From Rhizobiaceae bacterium (GTDB lineage: Bacteria > Pseudomonadota > Alphaproteobacteria > Rhizobiales > Rhizobiaceae): a DNA stretch of 41,385 nucleotides. Of the stretch, positions 19,403 through 28,852 are shown piece by piece. Below the pieces are notes generated by a model that did not search any database, was not told where the DNA came from, and worked only from the letters and a program-made list of their open reading frames with translations. The stretch is taken from positions 1-41,385 of the forward strand of contig JAEPMD010000028.1 in NCBI GenBank assembly GCA_017644105.1, given 5' to 3'. Position 1 is the stretch's first letter, and every line of letters starts with the position of its first letter. Made by a program: the position numbers and the translations under genes.

Positions 19403-20071
19403 ATGAGAATAGCGGTTGTAGAAGACAATAGGCCATTAGCAGATGGGATTGCGCGCGCTTTTCGCGATGATGGTCATGGCGTGGATGAACTTTATGATGG
19501 ATCATCGGCGAGCCAGTTTTTGTCTCAGGAAACGGTTGATCTCATTATCTTGGATATCAATCTTCCAGGCAGGTCCGGCTTGGAAGTTCTAAGTTCTTTG
19601 AGGCGGCAAAATATTCAAACACCGATTCTTATGCTGACAGCCAAAGACACAATTGACGATAAAATTGGCGGGTTGGATCTGGGCGCTGATGATTATATGA
19701 CAAAGCCGTTTGATCTTGCTGAACTCAAAGCAAGGGCACGTGCATTGTTGCGGCGATCTGATAAAGATATCGCAAAAGTAATGCAATTTGGTGCGATTGA
19801 ATTTGATGTAACCGCGCGAGAAATTAAACTTCACGGCGAAGAACTAGATCTTCCTCGACGTGAATTCGCCTTGGCTGAAATATTGCTTAATCGTCGCGGT
19901 CATGTGATTTCAAAACAGCAGATTATCACACACCTTTATGGCGCTGGGGCTGATGTCGAGGATAGCACGGTAGAACTCTATATCCATCGACTTCGGAAAA
20001 AATTTGGTGATCATGGCGGCTTTATCAAAACCGTCCGCGGACTTGGTTATTGCTTTAAGGAATCGTCATGA
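19403..20071 (+). CDS. tctD: OmpR-family response regulator (TctD-like by context)
   Basis: Start at MRIAVVEDN. Receiver aspartate in IILDINLPG. Winged-helix C-terminus (GYCF). Divergent from tctC. Confidence 0.85.
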   Translation: MRIAVVEDNRPLADGIARAFRDDGHGVDELYDGSSASQFLSQETVDLIILDINLPGRSGLEVLSSLRRQNIQTPILMLTAKDTIDDKIGGLDLGADDYMTKPFDLAELKARARALLRRSDKDIAKVMQFGAIEFDVTAREIKLHGEELDLPRREFALAEILLNRRGHVISKQQIITHLYGAGADVEDSTVELYIHRLRKKFGDHGGFIKTVRGLGYCFKESS

Positions 20072-21426
20072 CTTCGATCCGCAGACGGTTATTACTCTGG
20101 CTAATTATTCCGCTAACAGCAGTTGCTGTGATTGTGTCTTTGGAAACATTTATCTCCGCGCGCAAGATCTCAAATGATCTGCATGATAAAACACTGCTCG
20201 CAGCGATGTTAACGATCTCCGAGCATGTTGTTGCATCCAATGGAACGCTGCTCGCGGAACAAACTTTGAAGGTTTTGACCGAAAATTTAGGCGACGAATT
20301 TTTCTATCATGTGCTGGGCCCCAATGGCGCATTTGTAACAGGTTATAGTGGCTATCCCAGATTGCCGGAGGGAACCGAATTAGAAGATGGCGTGCCTATT
20401 TTCTACGATGGTGTTTATCAAGGGAACCCTGTCCGCGTGACGATTATACGACAATTGTTATCGGGGCGCGATCTCAATGGTTGGACAACCATCACCACCT
20501 GGCAGGAAATCACCCAACGCGCTGATTTGACCCTTAGCTTATTTGGCCGTTCGTTGATTCGCCTCATGGCATTGGTGATCGCAGCAGGCGTAATCGTTTG
20601 GTTTGCGGTATCGCTCGGCTTGCAGCCATTACGGCGCTTGCAACAAGCGATTGACAGTCGCACGCCTTTAGATTTGACCCCAATCAAGCGATCCATGCCA
20701 ATTGAGTTAACCGGCATCGTGTCTTCGATGAATGATTTGTTTGCGCGCGTGGCGAGATCCAAAGCTAATCGCGAACGCTTTATCGGCGATGCAGCACATC
20801 AGTTGCGAAATCCAATTGCAGCGTTAAAGGTCCAAGCTGAAGTCGCGCTGCAAGCCAAAGATGGCAAAGCAAGAAATCAAAGTCTGAAACAGGTTGTGAA
20901 TGTCAGCGATCAAACCAGCCAGCTTGTTAGTCAAATGCTCACCAATGCACGTGCAAACGCGATCGAAAAAGATGCCGGTGAAACATTTGATCTCTCGGAA
21001 CTAACTCTGGATGCTGCAAGATCTGTCGCATCAAAAGCAATCGACAAAGATCAGGATTTTGAAACCGATGTATTGGAAGGCATCATGCTCAAAGGCGATA
21101 AGGTTTTAATCCGAGAAGCCGTTGTGAACCTGATCGACAATGCTGTGAAATATTCACCAGAGCGCGCGCAGGTTTCAGTATCACTGTCGTCAAATGAAGA
21201 CGAAATTTCAATCAATGTCAGCGATAACGGTGAGCCGATCACAGAAGAAGAATTCTTCCGTTATTGCCAGCCGTTTTTTACCGATGACAGGGCGCAATCC
21301 GGTTCAGGGCTTGGTTTGGCGATTGCAAAAGATGTGAGCGCCAATCATGGCGGTTATCTATCAAACATCACGCACGAGAATGGAGAAGGAAAAACCATCT
21401 CCATCATATTACCGACGCAAAAGTGA
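20068..21426 (+). CDS. tctE: sensor histidine kinase (TctE-like by context)
   Basis: 2 TM helices flank a ~140-aa periplasmic domain. H-box AAHQLRNPIAAL. HATPase_c N/G boxes (NLIDNAVKYS, GSGLGLAI). ATGA overlap with the response regulator. Confidence 0.85.
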   Translation: MTSIRRRLLLWLIIPLTAVAVIVSLETFISARKISNDLHDKTLLAAMLTISEHVVASNGTLLAEQTLKVLTENLGDEFFYHVLGPNGAFVTGYSGYPRLPEGTELEDGVPIFYDGVYQGNPVRVTIIRQLLSGRDLNGWTTITTWQEITQRADLTLSLFGRSLIRLMALVIAAGVIVWFAVSLGLQPLRRLQQAIDSRTPLDLTPIKRSMPIELTGIVSSMNDLFARVARSKANRERFIGDAAHQLRNPIAALKVQAEVALQAKDGKARNQSLKQVVNVSDQTSQLVSQMLTNARANAIEKDAGETFDLSELTLDAARSVASKAIDKDQDFETDVLEGIMLKGDKVLIREAVVNLIDNAVKYSPERAQVSVSLSSNEDEISINVSDNGEPITEEEFFRYCQPFFTDDRAQSGSGLGLAIAKDVSANHGGYLSNITHENGEGKTISIILPTQK

Positions 21427-21644
21427 TCGCAAATTACTTTTGAAAGCGATCAGATAATTTTGCTGGCAAACCCAGAACATCGAGATCTCTATGGGAGAAT
21501 TTTTTGTTTCGCTCAAATGCATTTGTCATGTTTTGTGCGGCTCTGATTTGGCTGAGGAAATTTAATTGTCTCATATTTACTCTCCTTTTGATGCCTGAAA
21601 ATATATCATAGTACACAGCACTTAAGGTGTGCGTTTTCGATATA

Positions 21645-23156
21645 TCAGGCATGCTCTTGTTTGATAGATTGCGCTGCGCCGTAACCCGCGCGTCGCCCAA
21701 AGACGGCGCCTGATGTTAAGCCGGAACCGCCCGGATATCCGTTGAAAAATACACCGCCGACAAGTTCACCACAGGCAAACAAACCTTCAATAACATCGCC
21801 ATTTTCTTTCAGCACATTACCTTGCTCATTCACTTTCAAACCGCCATAGGTGAATGTGATCCCGCAGGTCACGGGATAGGCCTTGTAAGGTGCCTGATCA
21901 AAGGATTGCGCCCAATTTGATTTCGCAAGTTCAAGACCACTTGTCCCCTTGCCATCTTTAATTGTTGGATCAAATGGTGTGTTTTGATCAACGGCGCTGT
22001 TGAAATCTTCGATGGTTTGAAGTGCTTGCTGTTTATTCTCAATACCATCGAGTTTTTCCACCAGTGCATCCAAAGTATCTGCCTCAACAAAATGGGCATC
22101 GTGGAATGTATATTCGCCGTAAAGAAGATCATCGGTTTTTGCGTCGAAAATTTGCCAGGCAAAATGTCCCGGTTGTTCAATGATCGCGCGGCCGAATTGT
22201 GCATAAGTGTAATTGCGAAAATCGATCCCTTCGTCGACAAAACGCTCACCATTGGCGTTGAGCATGATGCCAAGGAAATAGCAGATCTTGCGGTAATTCT
22301 TGCGCTCAAAATGCGGGATCTCAAGATTGCCAAAATCCTTCATATGCAAGTCCATCGGTGTTGCATGACATCCCTGATAAAAGCCATATTCAGATGCGCC
22401 AAGATCCAGCGCCATTTTCAAGCCTTGCCCGGTATTTAAGGGCGTACCGCGAACTTTCGCCTGATCCCAATCAGAACCGATATATTTTTTTCTCAGTTCA
22501 GGGCTTGCCTCAAATCCACCGGAGCCGAGAATAATTGAACCGGCAAATAACTCGTCTTGATTGCCATCTTTATCCTCAACGCGAATGCCAACCACTTTGC
22601 CTTGGTCAGTTATGAGTTCAATGCCCGCACAATTATATTTAATGCGACCACCTTTCTTTAAAAAAACCTCAAGTTCAGCATCAACCAGACCAACACCTTC
22701 GCCATCAGCGCAAAGGGTTAAGCCACCCCAGAAAACAAACCGTCCGTCTTTTTCAAATGATTGGCGCTCATAGATCGGTTCAAATTTTATGCCGTTCTCG
22801 GCCAGCCACAGCATGGTTTCATAAGAGTGATCGATCAGAATATTCTGCTCAACGGATAAGTCTCGCCCGTCATTAAATCCCAAAAGATCAGAGCGGAACT
22901 TATCTGCTGTATAAGATCCAAAATCGGTATTTGACAGACGGCGGTCATCAGGATTTTTCAACAACGGCATTAAGTCATTATTTGAATTATAGACAAAGCG
23001 CATGGCGCCAGCGGTATATTTTGAATTCCCGCCCGCCAATGCTTCATCACCCTTTTCGATGACGAGCACATCTGCGCCTTTTTCAAGCGCTGCGATTGCG
23101 GCACATAATGCGGCATTGCCTGATCCGACTACAATGATATCGGCAGTCTTGGTCAT
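21645..23156 (-). CDS. FAD-dependent oxidoreductase of the tricarballylate dehydrogenase (TcuA) family
   Basis: N-terminal DIIVVGSGNAALCAAIAALEKGADVLVIEKG...GGNS closely resembles TcuA (VIGGGNAALCAAL...GGNS). ~500 aa. No tcuB-like Fe-S/haem membrane partner is present. Confidence 0.7.
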   Translation of the reverse strand: MTKTADIIVVGSGNAALCAAIAALEKGADVLVIEKGDEALAGGNSKYTAGAMRFVYNSNNDLMPLLKNPDDRRLSNTDFGSYTADKFRSDLLGFNDGRDLSVEQNILIDHSYETMLWLAENGIKFEPIYERQSFEKDGRFVFWGGLTLCADGEGVGLVDAELEVFLKKGGRIKYNCAGIELITDQGKVVGIRVEDKDGNQDELFAGSIILGSGGFEASPELRKKYIGSDWDQAKVRGTPLNTGQGLKMALDLGASEYGFYQGCHATPMDLHMKDFGNLEIPHFERKNYRKICYFLGIMLNANGERFVDEGIDFRNYTYAQFGRAIIEQPGHFAWQIFDAKTDDLLYGEYTFHDAHFVEADTLDALVEKLDGIENKQQALQTIEDFNSAVDQNTPFDPTIKDGKGTSGLELAKSNWAQSFDQAPYKAYPVTCGITFTYGGLKVNEQGNVLKENGDVIEGLFACGELVGGVFFNGYPGGSGLTSGAVFGRRAGYGAAQSIKQEHA

Positions 23157-24127
23157 TTTTTATAAACCTCGGGATTAATCATATTAATAGGTTCTCCAGC
23201 TGCATAAGCGATGATCTGATCATAGATATCGCTAAACTGAAGTTCGTATTCGTCTTCCGTCACAAAGCCGATATGGGGTGTCGACAATACATTGGGATGA
23301 GCTGCAAGCGGATCATCTTTCCAAGTGATGGGTTCTTTATCAAAGACATCAATGGCTGCCAATCCAGGGCACCCTTGATTGAGTGCTTCGAGCAACGCGC
23401 CAGATTCCAAAAGGCCGGCGCGAGATGTATTGATAAAGAGTGCATCTTTGCGCATTTTTGAAAAATCATCGGCGGTAATGATGCCCTTTGTGTTAGGTTT
23501 CATCCGCACATGAACGGAAATAATATCCGGCTTTGAAAAGAACTCAGCACGTGAAGATGCGATGTTTTTTCCATCATTGATAAGGCGGTTCTGGCCAGCT
23601 TCTGATGCCCACCAGATCACATTCATGCCAAAGGCTTGGGCGATATGCTCAACGCCCTTTGCAATGCGGCCATACCCATAAAGCCCCAGCGTTCTACCTT
23701 GTAAGGTGCGGCCCACACCCATCTGCCAATGACCATCTTTAATCGAAGCATTTTGCTGGGGGATCTGACGATATGATGCCAAGATCAACGCCCAAACATG
23801 CTCGACCGTGGCATAAGATGGCGTACCTACATGCATATTTGAGCACAGAAGTACGTTGTTCTTCGTGCAGCCATCCACATCCACATGCGGATAAATACTT
23901 CGCTGGCTAATTAGTTTCAATTTTGGCAACTTATCCAATAAGTTAGCAGTGATTTGAGTACGTTCGCGAAAGAGCACCAACGCATCCATATCAATCAGAC
24001 GCTCAGCCAGCTGATCAATATCTTCGACATGATCGTTAAACACGGTGACATCGTGATCGCGAAGTTTTTCAAACGAAGGTAGCTTGCGCAGCGTGTCGAA
24101 CCAATCGTCTAGAATTGCAATTTTCAT
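23153..24127 (-). CDS. D-isomer-specific 2-hydroxyacid dehydrogenase (NAD-binding)
   Basis: GxGxxG (GLYGYGRIA). Catalytic region with R...E...H (TPHIGFVTED). ATGA overlap with the downstream tcuA-like gene. Confidence 0.85.
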   Translation of the reverse strand: MKIAILDDWFDTLRKLPSFEKLRDHDVTVFNDHVEDIDQLAERLIDMDALVLFRERTQITANLLDKLPKLKLISQRSIYPHVDVDGCTKNNVLLCSNMHVGTPSYATVEHVWALILASYRQIPQQNASIKDGHWQMGVGRTLQGRTLGLYGYGRIAKGVEHIAQAFGMNVIWWASEAGQNRLINDGKNIASSRAEFFSKPDIISVHVRMKPNTKGIITADDFSKMRKDALFINTSRAGLLESGALLEALNQGCPGLAAIDVFDKEPITWKDDPLAAHPNVLSTPHIGFVTEDEYELQFSDIYDQIIAYAAGEPINMINPEVYKK

Positions 24128-24133
24128 TTTGGT

Positions 24134-24355
24134 TTAATGACCTTTTTGGATGAGTTCTGTTGTCTCTGCTTCCAGCACTGCAAGCGCGGATGCTATTTTT
24201 TGGCGCTGCCCCAGCAAATAATTAAACTCACAATCGCAGAGAGCAATGGGTGTTGGATAATTGCTGATTTCGTGCGCCAAGATTTTTCGCGCCACAGTCA
24301 GCTCGGCTTTGGCTAGCGCCAGACATTCTTCTGTCGTCGTCACATCACTTTGCAT
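24134..24355 (-). CDS. small hypothetical protein (73 aa), first gene of the tcuA-like operon
   Basis: Tightly packed, 6 nt upstream of the dehydrogenase start. No recognisable family. Confidence 0.4.
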   Translation of the reverse strand: MQSDVTTTEECLALAKAELTVARKILAHEISNYPTPIALCDCEFNYLLGQRQKIASALAVLEAETTELIQKGH

Positions 24356-24460
24356 GAACAGCTCCTTTCCAATGGGTGAGTTTTTAGAGTGTAGCGGGTG
24401 ACATTATAGACAATCATCATCATTAGAGATATTATATGAAATATGTAAAATTCATATTTT

Positions 24461-25363
24461 TTGGATATGGTTATGGAATTACGACATCTGCGCTATTTCA
24501 AAGCAGTCGCCGAAGAAGAGCATATCACGCGCGCTGCTGAGAAGCTTGAGATGCAGCAACCGCCACTCAGTTTGCAAATTAAGGCGCTGGAGGAAGAGCT
24601 GGGTGTTCAGCTTTTTCGCCGTTTGCCACGCGGCGTAGAGCTCACCGAAGCTGGCAAAGCCTTCTATTCAGATACTGAAAGATTATTGGATGATTTGGAT
24701 CGGGCGATTTCTAAAACACAACGCATTGAGCGCGGTGAGCAAGGTTCCGTCACGATCGGGTTCACGAGCTCGGTGATTTTTCATCCATCGACGAAATTAT
24801 CCATCCAGAACTTCAGAGAGCAAAATAGCGAAATTGAACTGAACCTGACAGAAGATGGCTCCGCCGAGCTTGTGCGCGATGTAGCAGAACAAAAGCTCGA
24901 TGCGGCCTTTATCAGAACCAACATCTCGCATGTTGAAAATGTGAAAACATATAAACTTGCGGATGAAGAAATTATGTTGGCCATGCCTGTTGGTCATCCG
25001 CTCTTGGCATTTAGCAAAATATCCGCAGCTCAAATGGTTGAGCATCCGTTGATCTTGTATCGGCGTTCCTCTGGTCCTAGCATCTATGACAGCGTAATTT
25101 CCGCGCTGAATAAGAGCGATTCCTCACCAAATATCATTCAGGAAGCGCCGCGAGTTGGGGCAGCGCTTAATCTCGTCGCCACTGGCATGGGGATAAGCTT
25201 TGTGCCCGCGTCGCTTTCCAATGCGCATTCGGAAGATGTGCGTTATCGACCCATTGATATTGATCCACCTCTGACAGCGTCCATTTTGTTGGCGTGCCGG
25301 AAGAATGAAAGCGCGGTGTCCGTTCGTTCATTCATAAATATGGCAAGAAAAACGTTTAGCTGA
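24461..25363 (+). CDS. LysR-family transcriptional regulator (TcuR-like position, divergent from tcuA-like operon)
   Basis: HTH LRHLRYFKAVAEEEHITRAAEKLEMQQPPLSLQIKALEEELGVQLF. ~300 aa. Confidence 0.85.
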   Translation: MDMVMELRHLRYFKAVAEEEHITRAAEKLEMQQPPLSLQIKALEEELGVQLFRRLPRGVELTEAGKAFYSDTERLLDDLDRAISKTQRIERGEQGSVTIGFTSSVIFHPSTKLSIQNFREQNSEIELNLTEDGSAELVRDVAEQKLDAAFIRTNISHVENVKTYKLADEEIMLAMPVGHPLLAFSKISAAQMVEHPLILYRRSSGPSIYDSVISALNKSDSSPNIIQEAPRVGAALNLVATGMGISFVPASLSNAHSEDVRYRPIDIDPPLTASILLACRKNESAVSVRSFINMARKTFS

Positions 25364-25376
25364 TCGCGCCCCAATA

Positions 25377-26183
25377 TTAAGAACGCAATTGCGCAATAAT
25401 GCTTTCAATTGTTTCGACGATGGCTTGTGAATGGGCCACATTTGATGCTGATCGTTCGGGACTTGCAAAGCGTCTTGCATCATTATCAAAATATTTGCCA
25501 GACGCATTGGCGAACTCATCAGATAATGCAGCACGACACAAAATATCAGCGCCAATACTTAAATCATGCCCCTCAACACCGAAACCTTCCTTGACCATCT
25601 TGCTCGCCAGTAATGATCCAGGGTTCACCGCGACGAAGAGAGGACCATTTGGCAATTTTTTTGCTAGCTCTTGTGTCCAGATGGTGATTGCAAGCTTGCT
25701 TTGCGCATAGGCTGACATTGCGTCCAACTGCACGCCGCCTCTAAGAGCATCAATATCAACGGGCGCTTGCGCGGCAGATGATAAATTAATCACGCGACCA
25801 TCTTCTGGCATGATGGGCAGGAGCTGTTGAGTGAGCGCATAAGGCGCGATGGTATTGACCATAAAACGAGTATCAAGCCCATCTTTTGTCGTTGTGACAG
25901 GCGTTTTGAATATGCCAGCATTATTGATGATAATATCGATTTTATCGTGTTTTTTAAGGATCTCTTTTGCCATTTGATCAACATCATCAAGCGATGACAT
26001 ATCTGCCAGATATGTTTGTGTATCCCGGCCAATTTGCAGCGCAACGTTCCGCAATTTATCTTTGTTTCGGCCATGCAATAATATGATGTTTCCTTCAGCT
26101 GCGAGCATCCTAGCTGTTTCAAAACCAATGCCATCGGTGGCACCTGTGATTAGAATTATTTTGCTCATATCATTATTCCTCAT
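25377..26183 (-). CDS. SDR-family short-chain dehydrogenase/reductase
   Basis: TGATDGIGFETAR Rossmann motif, NNAG, and the Y..K catalytic pair (YAQSK). Confidence 0.85.
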   Translation of the reverse strand: MRNNDMSKIILITGATDGIGFETARMLAAEGNIILLHGRNKDKLRNVALQIGRDTQTYLADMSSLDDVDQMAKEILKKHDKIDIIINNAGIFKTPVTTTKDGLDTRFMVNTIAPYALTQQLLPIMPEDGRVINLSSAAQAPVDIDALRGGVQLDAMSAYAQSKLAITIWTQELAKKLPNGPLFVAVNPGSLLASKMVKEGFGVEGHDLSIGADILCRAALSDEFANASGKYFDNDARRFASPERSASNVAHSQAIVETIESIIAQLRS

Positions 26184-27111
26184 GTGAGAAGTTTGGTAGA
26201 ATGTCTGATGCCAATTGTTTCATTGTCTGTTCGACATCATTGTTGTTAAAACGCAGATTAAGCGCGACATGATTGACACCGATATTTTCAAGTGAACTGA
26301 GATATTCGATTAGGTATTTTGAACCGGATCGAAAGCCCAAATGAATGGGATGCGACTTCGTGTCCGGATTTTCTGCCAGATCAATATAAAGCGACTGCAT
26401 GACAGGCTTATTTGGTAAGTCGAATGATTTGATCCCCGCACGGTATTTATCAATGATATGTGCCTGTGCATCGACATTGTGCGGATAGGTCATCCAACCA
26501 TCGCCATTTTGTGCAATCCAATCCGGATGTTGTTGGCTGCCACCCGTGATCAATAACGGCAATTGCCCGGATGAAGGTTTTGGCAACATATCAATGCCAC
26601 CAGAGACTTCACCATAGGCATTTGCAAAATGCGGCCGGGAACTTGCCATCTGGCGAATATAATCGACACTTTGCCGGAACCGCTCACCGCGATCCTCAAA
26701 TGTCATATTCATAGCGGGATATTCTTCAGGCCTATCTCCTGAAGCAATACCCAAAAGAAGCCTGCCTCCGGAAAGAACATCAGCGCTTGCTGCGGCTTTA
26801 GCAACTTGAGCCGGATGCCTTAAAGGTAAAACAATGCTGGCGACACCAAGGGCGATTTTGTTTGTTTGGGCGGCTAAATATCCAAGATAAACAAATGGAT
26901 CATAAAGCTGGCCTGCATCCCCGAAGGTCGGTACATTAAATGGCACATCTCGCAACCAAACGGAGGAGAAGCCCAACGCCTCAGCCAGTTGAATACGTTC
27001 GATATGCCGATCCATATTAGCAACGGGATTATTTTGATGCGCTTCGAGCGGAACGACCAAACCAAGTGATAGTCTGTCGGGTTTGAAAACGCGATTATAT
27101 GCGCTGTTCAT
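26173..27111 (-). CDS. LLM-class (luciferase-like) flavin-dependent oxidoreductase
   Basis: TIM-barrel LLM motifs (GFSSVWLRD, LGYLAAQTNKIALGVASIVLPLRHPAQVAK). Overlaps the SDR start by 11 nt. Confidence 0.8.
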   Translation of the reverse strand: MNSAYNRVFKPDRLSLGLVVPLEAHQNNPVANMDRHIERIQLAEALGFSSVWLRDVPFNVPTFGDAGQLYDPFVYLGYLAAQTNKIALGVASIVLPLRHPAQVAKAAASADVLSGGRLLLGIASGDRPEEYPAMNMTFEDRGERFRQSVDYIRQMASSRPHFANAYGEVSGGIDMLPKPSSGQLPLLITGGSQQHPDWIAQNGDGWMTYPHNVDAQAHIIDKYRAGIKSFDLPNKPVMQSLYIDLAENPDTKSHPIHLGFRSGSKYLIEYLSSLENIGVNHVALNLRFNNNDVEQTMKQLASDILPNFSHEE

Positions 27112-27222
27112 AACCTAAAATGAATTGGTCCTTATATCGTCCATGATAATCTTATCTTTCAATGGGTTTGCCGGCACATGATGCACCGGCAAACAATTGA
27201 TCTTTGTTCTTTTCTCAAACCT

Positions 27223-27528
27223 TTAAGAGGCAAGATCATCCTTGCCTTCAATCAGAAAATGCACGCTGTTTGATCCGGCTGTGCGTTCTTTAAGATGGGG
27301 AACATATTCCGGGTCAGACATGAAGGATTTGGCAGCGTCGGCTGATGGCCATTCAATGACAATGCGCAGGGCTGCTTCGCTTTTAGCGCCCTCTATTTGC
27401 TCATGCGTAGATGTGCGCGCTAAGTATTTCCCACCATATTTCGCAACCAATTTGTTGGCCGGTTCAATGTAGCCTGGGATCCATTCATCTGTTGTGGGCG
27501 TAACGGCAAGTACAGAATAATAAGTCAT
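27223..27528 (-). CDS. DUF1330-family protein
   Basis: 101 aa. YYSV...GGKYLARTS pattern typical of DUF1330. Confidence 0.65.
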   Translation of the reverse strand: MTYYSVLAVTPTTDEWIPGYIEPANKLVAKYGGKYLARTSTHEQIEGAKSEAALRIVIEWPSADAAKSFMSDPEYVPHLKERTAGSNSVHFLIEGKDDLAS

Positions 27529-27713
27529 ATAATTGTTCCAAAATCTAAACTGAGACTTTCTCTTGTGGCTCAGCTGGTTAATTCCAAGGGCTATCTGCTA
27601 TTCAAAACGGGATTGCTTGAACGCCAATTCATCCCCAAGAAACAAATAGATTATCTTTGAAAATTGTATAAGATAGCCAAATACGATTTCATAATTCGGA
27701 TTTTAAATATAAT

Positions 27714-28631
27714 ATGGATTTAGACGGCGTACGACTTTTCGTTCTTTCAGCTGATTTGCTCAATATCAGCGCTGCGGGTCGCACTTTAGGCTTGGCGCCA
27801 TCGGTGGCCAGTGCGCGTTTGGCGAAATTGGAAACTGAAATGGGCGCTGATCTGTTGCATCGCTCCACCCGGAAGGTGTCTTTATCTATTGAAGGGGCTA
27901 ATTTTTTACCCTATGCGCGCGAAATCATTGCGCAGGAAGACATGGCAAAATCTGCGCTCGGACTGGGCTCGCCGATAGTCACAGGCACCATTCGATTTGC
28001 GGCACCCAGCACCTTTGCGCAAATCTATATATGCCCGCTCATTCCAAAATTCTTGTCGTAAAACCCGCATCTTGATTTGGATCTGCGCTTGTCTGATTCT
28101 CAATTCGATCTCATTGAGGGCAGCTTTGATCTGGCATTGCGCAATATCGAGATCAGCGATTCAAGTTTAATGGGGCGAAAACTTGCAGATGACAGGCGTG
28201 TCCTATGTGCATCTCCCACTTATATTAATGAATATGGTAAACCGGAAATAGTTGAAGATCTCAAAAATCATCAGATCATATCATTCCGAGATAACTCACC
28301 CAAAACTTTGATCAATCAATCTGGCGAGAAAATAGACATTCCATCTAACAATGACAAAAGAAATGTCATTATAGATGATGGCTTGAGTTTGAAAGTCACT
28401 ACGCAGGCGGGGGCAGGCATATCTATCAACTCTTTGTGGAGTGTGGCATCGGCCCTTGAAGACGGCAGTCTTATTAGAGTGTTGCCAGAATATGTATTAG
28501 CCGATCAAACCGCTTTGTGGCTGATTTATCCAAAATCTAACGTACTGACCGCAAAGGTCAGAGTTCTGATTGATTTTTTGATCGATGAGATCAAAAAGCC
28601 CTTGAAACGTCTCAATCATAAATTTGCGTAA
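27714..28631 (+). pseudogene. LysR-family regulator interrupted by an in-frame TAA (nonsense) at 28059-28061
   Basis: ORFs 27714..28061 and 28077..28631 are in the same frame. Read-through gives ...CPLIPKFLS*NPHLDLDLRLSDSQFDLIEGSFDLALRN, the canonical LysR linker (FL.RYP...LDL). A Tyr (TAY) to TAA change is the likely cause. Confidence 0.7.
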
Positions 28632-28852
28632 CAAGACAGTTGCAATTTTTGTTCGCATAGAAAAATCCCGTCGTCAAACTTTCATATTTCTGACACACGC
28701 AAGCAACAAACTATCGTTTTAAGTGCGTCTAGTCCGTGTCAGTTCATTGATGAAATCTCATCCGTAATGAGAGCTGCGTTCAATCCATGCTGCGCTGACA
28801 AATTCAGTGAAACCAAATACACCAAACTATTTATTTTGAGGAGCTCTTCGCC

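Noticed and set aside
21434-21700. 88-aa ORF on minus strand in the tctE/tcuA-like convergent gap
   Set aside because: It overlaps the 3' end of the flavoprotein gene, has no RBS and no similarity. Likely spurious.
27164-27192. GTTTGCCGG-N11-CCGGCAAAC inverted repeat between DUF1330 and LLM genes as a terminator
   Set aside because: The T-rich tail is on the plus strand whereas both flanking genes are on the minus strand. It may be a regulatory dyad, but a terminator role is not supported.
28632-28852. Pho box upstream of phoX
   Set aside because: Only single CTGTCA-like half sites (for example GTGTCAG, GTCAAAC) without the 7-N4-7 direct-repeat spacing. Too weak to claim without a PWM scan.
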